Positions 10,246-21,421 are shown, counted from the stretch's first letter. The stretch is 30,356 bases of DNA from an uncultured Chroococcidiopsis sp. (GCA_964248365.1 CAXTYC010000050.1:1-30356), one strand, 5' to 3'. Notes: generated from the letters alone by a model not told the origin. Translations and numbers: made by a program.

Positions 10246-10492
10246 GACAAAGTATTGCTATATCTTAGTAGTAAGCTATTTAACATTTAACTTGCTTATA
10301 GTTTTTTTAGTTTTATATAAGTTTTTCATTTTTGACTTTTGAATTTATTAGTGATTGTCACCGCTTGTGGGCTGATTGGTAAAAATTTTTGGGAATACTA
10401 AATATACAAATATACAGTCTTGCGTTGACTCTCATCGTTGTTGAAGATGAGCGATCGCAATTCATCTTATTCTCAAAAGTCCTGCAACCGAG

Positions 10493-11902
10493 ATGAAGAT
10501 TCTTGAAAATTACTACGAAGTTCTTGGGCTGAAACCAGGTGCATCTCTGGGTGAAGTTAAGCAGGCTTACAGAAACTTAGCTTTTGTGTGGCATCCTGAT
10601 CGTTTTCCTAACGATCCTCACCAGAAAGCAATAGCCGAGTCAGAATTCAAAAAAATCAGTGAAGCTTATCAAACGCTGAAGCCTTATCTATGCAATTCTC
10701 CCGCTCAAACTTGTGGCGATCCTCCTGCGAATTACTCCACATATCGGTTCGATGCTCAAAGTTACTACAAACGGGGAATGGAGAATGCTAAAAGAGGTAA
10801 ATATCAAGAAGCAATTGAGGACTTTACCCAAGCAATTCGTCTTAATGCAGAATATATCGAAGCATACAAGTATCGAGGAATAGCCTGCTCAAAATTGGGA
10901 TATGAACATAGAGCAGCTTCCGATGCAAATAAAGTAGCACAGCTAGAACGGAAACAAAAAACACCACCTTCACCACCACCGCCACCACCAAAATCACCTT
11001 CACCACCACCAAAATCCTCTTGGAAATGTATTCATACTCTCAAGGGTCACACCAGCTGGGTTTTTTCTGTAGCGATTAGTGCTGATGGACAAACTTTAGT
11101 TAGTGGCAGTACAGATAAAACGATCAAAGTTTGGCATCTGCCCACAGGTAGATTATTAAACACCCTTACGGGACATTTAGAATCGGTACGGTCAACTGCC
11201 ATTAGTCCAGATGGGCAATTAATTGTCAGTGGCAGCGACGACCATAGTGTTAAAATTTGGCATCTAGCAACAGGAAAACTACTCCATACCCTAGAGGGAC
11301 ACTCAGCCTCGGTGTGGTCAACTGCCATCAGCCCCGATGGAAAAATCCTTGCTAGCGGCAGTTGTGATAAAACGATTAAGATTTGGAACTTGAAGACAGG
11401 GCAACGGCTGAATACTAATATGGAGTATTGCGATTGGGTTTATTCTCTGGCTTTTAGTCCAGACGGACAAACTTTAGCCACTGGTAGTAACGATAAAACA
11501 ATTAAGCTGTGGCACACCGCTAGTGGTCAGCTAATTCACACCCTCAGCAAGCATTTAGGCGAGGTTAATTCCGTTGCCTTTAGTCCAGACGGGCAAACTT
11601 TAGCTACTGGTAGTAACGATAAAACAATTAAGCTGTGGCACACCGCTAGTGGTCAGCTAATTCACACCCTCAGCAAGCATTTAGGCGAGGTTAATTCCGT
11701 TGCCTTTAGTCCAGACGGGCAAACTTTAGCTACTGGTAGTAACGATAAAACAATTAAGCTGTGGCACACCGCTAGTAGTGAACTAATTCGCACCCTCAGT
11801 TGGCATTCATCTGGGGTTAATTCCATTACCTTTAGCAATCAAAGTCATACTTTTGCTAGTTGTAGTCGGGATATGACTATTAAAATTTGGCAGCGCGATT
11901 AA
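10493..11902 (+). CDS. DnaJ-domain / TPR / WD40 protein (paralog 2)
   Basis: Same architecture with a Pro-rich linker. Confidence 0.9.
   Translation: MKILENYYEVLGLKPGASLGEVKQAYRNLAFVWHPDRFPNDPHQKAIAESEFKKISEAYQTLKPYLCNSPAQTCGDPPANYSTYRFDAQSYYKRGMENAKRGKYQEAIEDFTQAIRLNAEYIEAYKYRGIACSKLGYEHRAASDANKVAQLERKQKTPPSPPPPPPKSPSPPPKSSWKCIHTLKGHTSWVFSVAISADGQTLVSGSTDKTIKVWHLPTGRLLNTLTGHLESVRSTAISPDGQLIVSGSDDHSVKIWHLATGKLLHTLEGHSASVWSTAISPDGKILASGSCDKTIKIWNLKTGQRLNTNMEYCDWVYSLAFSPDGQTLATGSNDKTIKLWHTASGQLIHTLSKHLGEVNSVAFSPDGQTLATGSNDKTIKLWHTASGQLIHTLSKHLGEVNSVAFSPDGQTLATGSNDKTIKLWHTASSELIRTLSWHSSGVNSITFSNQSHTFASCSRDMTIKIWQRD
11453..11776 (+). repeat. Near-identical 126-bp intragenic tandem repeat (about 2.6 WD40 units)
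   Basis: Units start at 11453, 11579 and 11705. Confidence 0.95.
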
Positions 11903-11952
11903 TATGCCACCCATGCCCATCAAATCTGGTAATGGTGGACATGGGTGGCATA
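11903..11952. terminator. Long hairpin directly after the stop codon
   Basis: TATGCCACCCATG...CATGGGTGGCATA inverted repeat. Confidence 0.6.
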
Positions 11953-12107
11953 ATACTTGAAACAAGAGTAAGTATTACTTTTACCCTTACAAACAGCCAG
12001 CTTTCAGCCAATATTTAACGACTGAAAGCTTACCTTAAATATATTAATTTTTGCTTTCCCATCTTTTTAGGAAAGTTCAGCATAAAATTGTTAGCTTTGG
12101 CATAATT

Positions 12108-12290
12108 CTATTTATTAAAATAACTATCTGATGAGTCACATTCTCTAGACCAGCAGCGTTCTAGCAGTTCGATTCTATATGCAACTTCAAACTGGCGAGG
12201 ATTAAGTATGAGCCTCTTTTTGGAACTAAACACAGGCTGTTGGAGAAATTGCCATAGAGGAAAGTTAGACAGGTTAGTTTGTAAATTCAT
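12108..12290 (-). CDS. Small conserved cyanobacterial hypothetical protein (60 aa)
   Basis: FPLWQFLQQPVFS...LNPRQF...LLERCW; ATG at 12290. Confidence 0.65.
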   Translation of the reverse strand: MNLQTNLSNFPLWQFLQQPVFSSKKRLILNPRQFEVAYRIELLERCWSRECDSSDSYFNK

Positions 12291-12495
12291 AAGATAAAGA
12301 TTCTCAAGAGTGAACACAGCAATATTGGCAGCCTGGATTAGTTGTACTCTCCAAAATGCTAGTTTTAACTTTGCCACAAGCAACAACAAATTTTCCCCGT
12401 GAAGATTACTGAATAATTAAAAGCTGTTTTGCCAAAGTCATCTGTATTTTTGCGGTTGCCTTGCGACGCAAAAGGGTATCTAATGAGAAAAAATA

Positions 12496-12527
12496 AAACC
12501 ACCTTACACTAAGATGCAAGGTGGTTT
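12496..12527 (-). terminator. Terminator of ssrA
   Basis: AAACCACCTT...AAGGTGGTTT hairpin with a minus-strand U-rich tail. Confidence 0.7.
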
Positions 12528-12544
12528 GAGAATTTAATTATTAA

Positions 12545-12924
12545 TGGAGCTTACGGGAATCGAACCCGTGTCCAAATTGGGTATTGACCCCCCACTCATT
12601 CACAGGTTTAGCCTATCTAATCCTCAAGGCGGGAACCGTTCTTTATCCCGAACGTAGGATGCTCTGATTAAATCTTAGCTAGCAAGCCAACCAGAGAAAA
12701 CTTACTAGTGCATCCGTTGGGGTTGGTCTGTAGCTTTTAACGGAGTCAAACTACAGACAAGCGTACCTGTTAGAGGTTTTTAGGCAAGGACTGCCTGACG
12801 CTTAAAGGATACGATGTTGTTCGCATTTACTTTTTTTTTGAGCCTAGTATTTACGAGAGACGACTCACTCTCGACCTGTATCATAGAGCAGCTTTCGCCA
12901 ACCTGTCGAAACCTTTAAAGCCCC
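12545..12924 (-). ncRNA. ssrA: tmRNA; tag peptide ANNIVSFKRQAVLA*
   Basis: 5' GGGGCTTTAAAGGTTTCGAC, 3' GGGTTCGATTCCCGTAAGCTCCA; tag frame 12780-12824. Confidence 0.97.
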
Positions 12925-13161
12925 GTGCTGTTCTTTTTCTATTATAGTTAAAAAAAATGAAATGTGTGTTAAAGCAACACTAGAGTATTGCTAAAAACCA
13001 TATAACTAATTCTCAGGCTGAGGCTGGGAACTAATATAGGGAGTCTTTGACTCCCTGGACAAAAAACCCCCGACAATTGCCAGGGGAGAATTGAGCAGGA
13101 AAGAAGGTGGATTTTAGATTTTTAGACCTTTCAATTTAATCCTTAATCTAAAATTTGGGCA

Positions 13162-14427
13162 TTAGCTGAACCATTCGGGAACGGCTTCTTCCTTAGTATT
13201 GGTATTGCGTGATGGAGTTTCACGGGTAAACTTCATCTGAATTGAGCGCGTTTGCTCACCGTCTGCTGCCACTGCCATAATTGGATAGTCAATCAAACCA
13301 TCTTGGAATGACATTTGGAAGCGGAAAGTGCCATCTGGATTGAGCTGAATCGGACGACCACCAATGGTAACAGTTGCATCCGGCTCGGTTGCACCATAAA
13401 CAATTAGCTCAGCATCAGCAATTAACCAGAATTGACGCGGACGGATGGGTGGAGCAGAGGCAGAGAAGCCTGCACCAGACATGGTTAAACCAGATACAGT
13501 TGGTACTGCCCACATACCCACACCAGAGGGGAAGACGTAGGAACTGATAGCTTGTTCAGCCAGGGACATTGCTTGCATTGAGCCTGCTACGTGCTGCATC
13601 GAGCCATATAGTGAACCTGCAATCCTTTGAGCTTCGGCAGTTTGAGCCATGCCAAAAATCTCGTCGTAGAGGGGGTTCCCGTTGCTGCTATATGCACCTG
13701 TAGCAGCAGCACCAACGGCTGTTGCCATGCGCTTAGCTGGCGGTACAAGTTCAAATACAGTCTTGCTGCGCAGGTCTTCCTCAAAGTTAACTGTGACGAA
13801 GTTGTCTTCAATCCAGTCACTGGGATAGACCGGAGGAACGCGGACGGGAGCAGAACGAGCTAAGACTAGCCATCGACCATCAACGCAGCGGTAGCCGATA
13901 TCGACGACATAATCGCGATCGCTTACTGGGATGGGCAGATACCATTCCCTAGCCAACTCATCACTTGGGTATTCCTGAATACTGTGAGGATTTTGGTACT
14001 CTATGTTGATATCAGTAACGTCGTAAATCCGCAAAGCTAACTGTTGTCCGCCTTGCCTACGCAGTTCTTCTTTATGCTCGTTGGGAACATCCCAGTATGT
14101 ATAAGCCCATTGCGGATCACGGGGCATTAGTACAATGCGGCTTTCACCATAGCCAGATGGGAGGTCAGCTAGACCTTCATCAACGTCAGCTAAGGAACCT
14201 CCGGTACGGTCTTCTTGACCGAGTTCAAATTTTGCTGCTTCCACTGTTTCTTGTGCCTCCAGTGTACTAGATGGAATAACAGATACTTTGCTTTGCTGAA
14301 TTTGTTGAATTGCCGCCAGCAGTTGCGACTTACGCATTCGGCTATAGCGAGAGATGCCATATTCACTGGCAACTCGCCGTAGCTGCCGCAATGTCATCTC
14401 TTCTAGAGGTGGGCGTTCTTTTGCCAT
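13162..14427 (-). CDS. DUF4912 domain protein with Rho N-terminal-like domain
   Basis: MAKERPPLEEMTLRQLR, LMPRDPQWAYTYWD and FWLIADAELIVYGATEPDA. Confidence 0.9.
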   Translation of the reverse strand: MAKERPPLEEMTLRQLRRVASEYGISRYSRMRKSQLLAAIQQIQQSKVSVIPSSTLEAQETVEAAKFELGQEDRTGGSLADVDEGLADLPSGYGESRIVLMPRDPQWAYTYWDVPNEHKEELRRQGGQQLALRIYDVTDINIEYQNPHSIQEYPSDELAREWYLPIPVSDRDYVVDIGYRCVDGRWLVLARSAPVRVPPVYPSDWIEDNFVTVNFEEDLRSKTVFELVPPAKRMATAVGAAATGAYSSNGNPLYDEIFGMAQTAEAQRIAGSLYGSMQHVAGSMQAMSLAEQAISSYVFPSGVGMWAVPTVSGLTMSGAGFSASAPPIRPRQFWLIADAELIVYGATEPDATVTIGGRPIQLNPDGTFRFQMSFQDGLIDYPIMAVAADGEQTRSIQMKFTRETPSRNTNTKEEAVPEWFS

Positions 14428-14936
14428 GAATTTGGACTTCCTTCGTTTGAACGGTGAATCATTTTGCTTGAGGGAGACAAACAGCAGAACGGTTTGTAAC
14501 AAACCTATGACTACGAGTTTTGCCGCCTTTTTGCTTAACCTTCGGGGTTGTCTAGTTTTCCGTTCTGGTGTTCAACCTACTTTGGCAGTTGCTTTGCTTT
14601 ACTGGTGTCGCTCTAGCTCCCAACTATGCAAAAAACAGCATTTTTTTGGGATCGCAGAAAACACTTTGTTAATAAATATTTAGCAGAAAACTTCAAGGAA
14701 GGGATCAAGGTGTAACCCATCATTTTGCCCACTCCACGAAGTTATCAGCCCTTTCGGGATCGTTATGTCATGATATTATGACTTTTAGGCAAAACAAAAC
14801 CGATTTAACGCTCAATATATCAAATTATCATGACATTGTGACTCACACATACCCCTAACAGAATTTCCCCATCCACTAACTTATTAGCTCCTAAAAAGCG
14901 TAATTTTTTATTAAATTTACTATTTTATAAAAATAT

Positions 14937-15035
14937 GTAAAATATAATACAGAAAATTCTGTAGCTATTTAGTTTAAATTTCTACTTTCTGTCGTCTGAT
15001 AGATATCCTATAGAGACAGAAGTAGGAATATATAC
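14937..15035 (+). promoter_or_regulatory. Two NtcA-type boxes (GTA-N8-TAC)
   Basis: tGTAaaatataaTACa (14937-14950) and GTAggaatataTAC (15022-15035) upstream of the 15112 gene. Confidence 0.55.
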
Positions 15036-15111
15036 CATAGGCTAAGTAAGCCGTAGTAAGCCGTTAGTTTTAGTCAAAATTTTAAGGAATTAAGCTTTAA
15101 AGGCGAAGCAG

Positions 15112-15516
15112 ATGAAATTTAAAGATCGCGCTATTAGTTACAAATCCCATTCACCTCACCTAGAATTAACTGGGTGTGAAATAGGTGATAAATATCGTGG
15201 TACGAATTGTAGACAAAAGTACCCAAGACATATTCGGGCAACTTTGCCAAGAATTGCCTTAAAGAATGGTGAAGTTGGTTGTTGTACTGGCGCATCCGAA
15301 GACGTAGAAGCAATGCTACAAAAACACGCCAAAACAGCTATTTCTAATGAAGCTGCATTAACTCAAAGCAGCCGTCAGCAAGTCTTAGAAAAATTACATA
15401 ATATTCATCTTAATAATATGCGCCGCAATCTAGAATATCGGCTACAAGTGGCGCGGGAAAAAGGCGACGTTCATCTGATCCGCTTGCTAGAAGCTGAGTT
15501 TGAACAAATTGCTTAA
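15112..15516 (+). CDS. DUF4278-like protein with a PirA-like C-terminal helix
   Basis: Degenerate KYRG motifs; C-terminus HLNNMRRNLEYRLQVAREKGDVHLIRLLEAE. Confidence 0.7.
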   Translation: MKFKDRAISYKSHSPHLELTGCEIGDKYRGTNCRQKYPRHIRATLPRIALKNGEVGCCTGASEDVEAMLQKHAKTAISNEAALTQSSRQQVLEKLHNIHLNNMRRNLEYRLQVAREKGDVHLIRLLEAEFEQIA

Positions 15517-15665
15517 TTATAAATACGCGATCGCTCACTGAAGTTGATGTGCATTTAAGTTGTACCAATTTTGAGGCTTTATAGTGGGTTGCGGCTGTGC
15601 CTAACACACCCTACACTAATGTAAAGGGAACGACGATTAGGTTATTGGTATTACCAATAGAACAA

Positions 15666-15691
15666 AAACGGGCAGCTAAATGCTACCCGTT
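15666..15691 (-). terminator. Terminator after fba
   Basis: AAACGGG..CCCGTTT hairpin. Confidence 0.6.
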
Positions 15692-15759
15692 TAATTAGTT
15701 AAATATCGTCGGTTCGAAAATTAAAAGCTAAAAGCTAAAGTCAAAGAAATCTTAAGCCT

Positions 15760-16839
15760 TTAAACTGATACAGTCTTCTTAGTTACGGCGTTCAATTCGC
15801 CTTTAGCATACTTAGCAGCAAACTCATCAAGCGTTACTTGCTTGATCTTGGTTCCGTTACCAGCTGCACCAAACTGTTGATAGCGATCAGCACAAACCTT
15901 CTGCATATACTTAATCGAAGGCTTGAGGAAGTGACGGGGATCAAACTCCTTGGGATTAGCGGCTAAAGCTTCCCGTACCGCAGCGGTGATCGCTAGACGG
16001 TTATCGGTGTCGATATTCACTTTACGCACACCGCTCTTAATTCCTTTTTGGATTTCTTCAACAGGTACACCGTAGGTTTCAGGAATTTGACCGCCGTACT
16101 GGTTAATCAACGCCAGCAGATCTTCTGGTACGGAAGAAGAACCATGCATTACCAAGTGAGTATTTGGCAGACGACGGTGAATTTCTTCAATGCGGCTGAT
16201 TGCTAGAATTTCCCCAGTCGGCTTGCGGGTAAACTTGTAAGCGCCGTGACTAGTGCCAATAGCAACTGCTAAAGCATCTACTTGGGTTTGCTCTACAAAG
16301 TCAACAGCTTGATCTGGGTCTGTTAGTAACTGATCGTGGGAGAGAACGCCTTCTGCACCGTGACCGTCTTCTGCTTCACCCATTCCAGTTTCTAGAGAAC
16401 CCAAGCAACCAAGTTCACCTTCAACGCTGACACCAACAGCATGAGCTACTTTCACCACTTCGCGGGTGGTATCAACGTTGTACTCGTAGCTAGCTGGGGT
16501 TTTAGCATCTGATTCGAGTGAACCATCCATCATTACGCTGGTGAAGCCATGACGAATTGCCGAGTAGCAGGTGGCGGGGCTGTTGCCATGATCTTGGTGC
16601 ATGGCAATGGGAATATGAGGATAGGTTTCCACTGCTGCCAAAATCAGATGGCGCAGGAAATATTCGCCTGCATAGGAGCGAGCGCCCCTCGAAGCTTGCA
16701 AAATCACAGGGCTATCTGTTTCATGGGCAGCCTTCATGATGGCTTGAATCTGCTCCATGTTGTTGACGTTGTAAGCTGGGATGCCGTAACCATTTTCAGC
16801 CGCGTGATCTAACATCAGCCGCATCGGTACGAGCGCCAT
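15760..16839 (-). CDS. fbaA: Fructose-bisphosphate aldolase class II (CbbA type)
   Basis: [41 protein letters not shown] and KVNIDTD; GGAGG RBS. Confidence 0.97.
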   Translation of the reverse strand: MALVPMRLMLDHAAENGYGIPAYNVNNMEQIQAIMKAAHETDSPVILQASRGARSYAGEYFLRHLILAAVETYPHIPIAMHQDHGNSPATCYSAIRHGFTSVMMDGSLESDAKTPASYEYNVDTTREVVKVAHAVGVSVEGELGCLGSLETGMGEAEDGHGAEGVLSHDQLLTDPDQAVDFVEQTQVDALAVAIGTSHGAYKFTRKPTGEILAISRIEEIHRRLPNTHLVMHGSSSVPEDLLALINQYGGQIPETYGVPVEEIQKGIKSGVRKVNIDTDNRLAITAAVREALAANPKEFDPRHFLKPSIKYMQKVCADRYQQFGAAGNGTKIKQVTLDEFAAKYAKGELNAVTKKTVSV

Positions 16840-17177
16840 AAAATGTCCTCCTAATCTTGTTGTCAGCCGTTGTTCTAGTCAATTTCAATTCTTAGAATAA
16901 TCTTAAGATACTTTTCGGCTTATAGGAAATTATATCTACAGATTCGATGCGATCGTTACAGAATTTTTGAAAAAGCTAACTAGGGGCTTTGGCTGGGGGC
17001 TGGGGACTAGAAGAGAGCAGGGGGAACTTGCTCTTCACTCGCGTTGTGGGGATTGGGGGCAAGGGGGAGCAATTATCAATAAACAATAAACAATAAACAA
17101 TCAACAATTGATAATTGATAACTGATAATTGTTTCCCTTTTCCCTTTAGTTCCTCTAGCCCCTAGCCTCTTCATTTA

Positions 17178-17215
17178 TGGGTCGCCTGGGATTCGAACCC
17201 AGAACTATTCGGTTA
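17178..17215 (-). mobile_element. Isolated 3' half of tRNA-Lys(UUU), att site / island boundary
   Basis: TAACCGAATAGTTCTGGGTTCGAATCCCAGGCGACCCA runs from the anticodon loop to the acceptor end; the 5' half is absent from the window. Confidence 0.8.
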
Positions 17216-17284
17216 TCACCCCTTTTTTGTATTGCTAATTTAGCCGTGTAGTATTGCGATCGTCTCCTATGACTCATCCAGACC

Positions 17285-18715
17285 CAGGGTAAGAGCATCT
17301 CAATCAGGCTTGACAAAAGGAATCAGAAGAATATAATGTATTGTCAATGAAACAACAACTGAGCACCTGAGTCATATAATTGTTATCCATAGCAGTGCGT
17401 TTCATTTATTGTCTCAAACTACGTTTATAAGTCTGTTCGCGGTTAAGGGCATTGAGAGCGATGCGTCGTAGGAGAGCAAAATTACGAGGACTGTGGAAAG
17501 AGCGAATGCGGCAAGCATCTTCAGCAAACGTACAATCAACAGTCCAATGAGCCTCGTTTTCAATTCCCCAATGTTTTCGGATCGCCCCGCCCAAAAGTTG
17601 AGCATTACTGTGTAAAGAAGTCAGATAAAATTGAACTTCACCAGTAGTCTTGTTCCAGAGATGACGTACTCGGATGACCATAACGATGCTTTGAAGTCCA
17701 GCCCAAAGTCGCGGTTGGTAAAGATCGCCGATGACACAAACAGGTACAGACCAAACTTGACGGATTTGTGTGCGATGATGTCCTTTTTCGATGCGTTGCT
17801 CATAACTGACATCAAGTCCTTGAAAATCCTCTGCTTGAGCTTTCTCAAACCACTCCTTGACCTGATTGTATAGAGTTGGGTGATTAGCCTTGAGTGCCAG
17901 AACATAATCCGCTTTCCGATCTATAATCTTTTTAGCAATATCAGTTTGTGTTCCGATTGCATCAATGGTGATGATAGCTCCTGTAATATCGAGCAACTCC
18001 AATAGTGCGGGAATGGCAGTAATTTCGTTGGATTTATCTTCTACTTTCATTTGTGCCAAAACCAGACGTTGTTCACTTGCCCAGGCACTAATGACATGGA
18101 GTGCTGATTTACCTTGATTTCTATCATAGGAGCCTCTAATTGTCTTACCATCTATGGAAATAATCTCTCCTCCCATTTTCGTGACTTGGGTTTCTACCCA
18201 ACTGAGAAAGCATCGATTCAATGCTTCTGGGTCGATGAACTCGAATACCCAGCGGAAGGTGTCATCCGATGGAATGCCGTTTGGTAATGCCAAAAACTCT
18301 TTTAACCAAGTTTGCTTGCTGATGGCATAATTCTCAATGTCCTCCCATCCCTGCGCCCCCGCGATGACTGCCACAATTGCAATTACTAAGATGTCTGTGA
18401 TCTGATGTTTTTTAGTTCGCTCTACTCTAGGATCTTTGATCTGAGCAAAATGCTCAACTAGACTTTGCTGAATACTGCCAATGTCTACTATTTCTTTTAG
18501 TTGTCTGTGACCACGAAAATTTTTCACAGCATCAGCAGATTTAGTTTCAAAACCCTGTGACATCAACCTGGATCCTGGCGATTTTTTGACAACAGCATTG
18601 AAGTAATCTCATTGATCTTGCTCTGTCGTCAAGTGCATTTTTCACACTGTCGCTTATGCTTATCTTGTTTATTTTGTCAAGGTTTCATCGTGCCTAATTA
18701 GATGAGCTTACCCTG
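17285..18715 (-). mobile_element. ISAs1-family insertion sequence
   Basis: TIRs CAGGGTAAGAGCATCT / AGATGAGCTTACCCTG; no clear target duplication. Confidence 0.9.
17406..18563 (-). pseudogene. ISAs1 transposase with a premature stop near the C-terminus
   Basis: IDGKTIRGS, KSNEITAIP, TIDA, LKAN and HWGIEN; the frame continues after the stop (KRSLRQ*MKRTAMDNNYMTQVL). Confidence 0.8.
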
Positions 18716-19173
18716 CTAATAATCTCGGCAGGAAAACCCCGCGGTGGTACAAGGGAGCTTTTGTAGTCATCACAGGTAATTGTCTGATTAACTGTCGTTT
18801 CTGTCACCCCTACTTAATTTGACAATATCGGGTTGTAAAGTACCTTACTGGCGAGAGGTAAGGTACTTCACACATAGATAATTTGTTTGATATTAAGTTG
18901 TGTTCGCACTTGCTACCGCGTTGCATACACTTTATTTTGCTTTAAAAATCCCTACCCAGATAGAGGAGTTAGCTTCTTGAAAATAATTATTTAGTTAATT
19001 ACTCTGGCGTTCCAGAGTTTTCCGTCTTAAAAAATCTCATTTTTTAGGGTTCCATCGGATTCCCAATATTCAAAGGTCTAATACTAAAAAGTTGCATACA
19101 AAGAAAAGCGATCGCCTTCAAAAAAAGTGCGATCGCAACCAAGCATCAAAGCACAAAGCAAGAGGAGAGAACT

Positions 19174-20925
19174 ATGACCACAGCTGCTGATGTTCTTATT
19201 GATACCCTTCATAACTGGGGAGTAGAAGTGATCTTTGGATTACCAGGCGATGGCATCAACGGTATTATGGAAACGCTACGCAAGCGCCAGGATCAGATCC
19301 GTTTCATCCAAGTGCGTCACGAAGAATCAGCAGCGTTTATGGCTTGTGCCTATGCTAAATACACAGGCAAGCTGGGTGTTTGCCTTGCAACCTCTGGTCC
19401 TGGTGGCATTCACTTACTCAATGGTCTTTACGATGCTAAATTAGATGGTCAACCTGTCTTGGCGATCACAGGGCATCATTACCACGACCTGATCAACACC
19501 CACTCTCAGCAAGATGTAGACCTGGACAAGGTGTTTATGGATGTTACAGTCTATAATGCGCGGGTAATGGGTTCAACTCATGTTGAGAATTTAGCAAATC
19601 TTGCTTGTCGTGCCGCATTGAGCTACAGAGGCGTAGCTCATATCAACTTTCCTTGTGACTTCCAATCTCAAAGTGTTGAGAAAAAAGGCTCGATGCGTAA
19701 CCTCCCTCACCACACATCGGATGTCTTTGCTCAAAGCGTCCAATTACCCAACGAGGAGGATTTACAACGGGCAGCAGATATTTTGAATGCTGGATCTAAA
19801 GTTGCAATTTTAGCAGGTCGCGGGGCGTTGGGAGCAACAGATGAATTGGAGCAAGTAGCTCAGAAACTGGGAGCGCCAATCGTTAAAGCCCTGTTAGGTA
19901 AAGCAGCTGTTCCAGATGACAGTCCTTACACTACGGGAACCATTGGTGTAGTTGGTACTAAGCCATCACAGGAAGTGTTTGAGAATTGTGACACTCTCTT
20001 AATTGTGGGTAGCTCGATGCCCTACATCGAGTATCTACCTAAACCAGGACAGGCAAGAGGTGTACAAATTGATATCGATCCGTTTCGGTTGGGTTTACGC
20101 TATCCGGTTGAAGTGGGAGTGGTGGGAGATAGTCGCCCAAGTTTACAAAAGTTACTACCAATGCTTGAGAGAAATGAAGACCAAAGTTTTTTAGAGCAGG
20201 CGCAATCTGGTATGAAAGACTGGCAGCAGACGATGGAGGAGCGTAGCACCAGGCAGGATAAGCCGATGAAGCCGCAAGTGGTGGCGTGGGAATTGGGTAA
20301 ACGGCTATCCGATACGGCGATCGTCTCAGCTGATTCAGGCACGAACACAGGTTGGTGGGCAAGACAGATCCCAGTCAAACGGGGACAGATGCACTCAGTA
20401 TCGGGAACGCTGGCTTCAATGGCGTGTGGGCTACCCTATGCTATTGCAGCACAGATTGCCTACCCAGACCGTCAATGTGTCGCTTTTGTTGGTGACGGTG
20501 GCTTCTCGATGCTGATGGCAGAGTTTGTTACCTGCGTCAAATATCAGCTTCCTGTTAAGGTTGTGATTGTCAAGAACGGTACGTTGGGTCACATTAAGTG
20601 GGAGCAGATGATGAATCTGGGTAATCCAGAATTTGGTTGTGAGCTACAGTCAATTAACTTTGCGGCTTTTGCTTCTGCTTGCGGTGGGGTTGGTTTTACG
20701 ATTGACGACCCAGCAAACTGCGGTGCGATTCTTGACTGTGCACTTGCCCAACCAGGTCCAGCAATCGTGGAAGCCATAGTCGATCCCTTGGAGCCGCTAC
20801 TACCGCCAAAACTCCCGCAAGAAGAAGCAGATAAGTTGAAAGAAGCGCTTGAGCGTGGTGAGCCGAACGCTGAGGAACTTGCCGCTAATTTCTCATATGT
20901 CTCAAATTTTCGACAAATGGTTTGA
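19174..20925 (+). CDS. TPP-dependent pyruvate oxidase/dehydrogenase (PoxB-like)
   Basis: FGLPGDGIN, VRHEESAAFMA, TSGPGGIHLLNGLYDAK and GDGG...N TPP motif; GAGGAG RBS. Confidence 0.9.
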   Translation: MTTAADVLIDTLHNWGVEVIFGLPGDGINGIMETLRKRQDQIRFIQVRHEESAAFMACAYAKYTGKLGVCLATSGPGGIHLLNGLYDAKLDGQPVLAITGHHYHDLINTHSQQDVDLDKVFMDVTVYNARVMGSTHVENLANLACRAALSYRGVAHINFPCDFQSQSVEKKGSMRNLPHHTSDVFAQSVQLPNEEDLQRAADILNAGSKVAILAGRGALGATDELEQVAQKLGAPIVKALLGKAAVPDDSPYTTGTIGVVGTKPSQEVFENCDTLLIVGSSMPYIEYLPKPGQARGVQIDIDPFRLGLRYPVEVGVVGDSRPSLQKLLPMLERNEDQSFLEQAQSGMKDWQQTMEERSTRQDKPMKPQVVAWELGKRLSDTAIVSADSGTNTGWWARQIPVKRGQMHSVSGTLASMACGLPYAIAAQIAYPDRQCVAFVGDGGFSMLMAEFVTCVKYQLPVKVVIVKNGTLGHIKWEQMMNLGNPEFGCELQSINFAAFASACGGVGFTIDDPANCGAILDCALAQPGPAIVEAIVDPLEPLLPPKLPQEEADKLKEALERGEPNAEELAANFSYVSNFRQMV

Positions 20926-21112
20926 ATTAGTTTACTGCTCTATTGTGCCTGGGCGTTGCGTAAACGTTGTTATCGCGCCACAGTTTGCTTGGGTATCGCT
21001 TTGAACTAGAGATAAATACATGAACTCAACCCTTTTTGTCCCTAGTTCAACACCTTGGTTACAACTAAGTTTCAATACTGATTGTTTGCAAACCAGTTAA
21101 GTAACTGGACAT

Positions 21113-21215
21113 AAAAAAACAGCCCACGTCAAACTAGATAACAGTTCGGACCGTCGCGCTCTTGCGAAGCCCATAATGCACAGTAGATCCGACAACACAC
21201 GGTCTGCTGTTTTTT
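21113..21215. repeat. Structured dispersed element, copy 2
   Basis: Similar to 8701-8807. Confidence 0.7.
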
Positions 21216-21421
21216 CCAGTCGTCCTCCTTAGACCGCAGTTGTTGTCACCAGCGATATATACCTGAATCTGAATTTCACCGACGTGGTAAACAGTTAACT
21301 GTTTGTAAGTGGATTTGAAAGTATTCTTGAGAAGACGATCGCGCCTAGCAGTCAGAATTTGCATTTGCTCCATCCCTGGCTCAATTCTTGTCAGGCGATT
21401 GAATAATTCATTGAAATCCAT
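21216..21421 (-). pseudogene. Nuclease A inhibitor (NuiA)-like remnant
   Basis: LLKNTFKSTYKQLTVYHVGEIQIQVYIAG resembles the NuiA C-terminal core; the frame then runs into the structured element. Confidence 0.55.

Noticed and set aside
11453..11776. CRISPR array or DGR template/variable repeat
   Set aside because: It is an in-frame WD40 repeat with no spacers, no adenine-specific variation and no RT nearby.
12420..12480. Possible c-di-GMP riboswitch (GACGCAAA)
   Set aside because: The GEMM P1 with GNRA loop and the P2 architecture could not be built.
12514..12524. 11-nt match (TGCAAGGTGGT) of the mini-array spacer to the ssrA terminator; shorter matches at 28204-28213, the cas5 start and 21607-21614
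   Set aside because: The matches are short and mostly not anchored at the spacer 5' seed, so they are compatible with chance.
12545..12570. ssrA as an integration site
   Set aside because: No duplicated 3' end is seen in the window.
16980..17170. Heptamer repeats upstream of fbaA and at 4157-4200
   Set aside because: Ordinary cyanobacterial STRR-type repeats.
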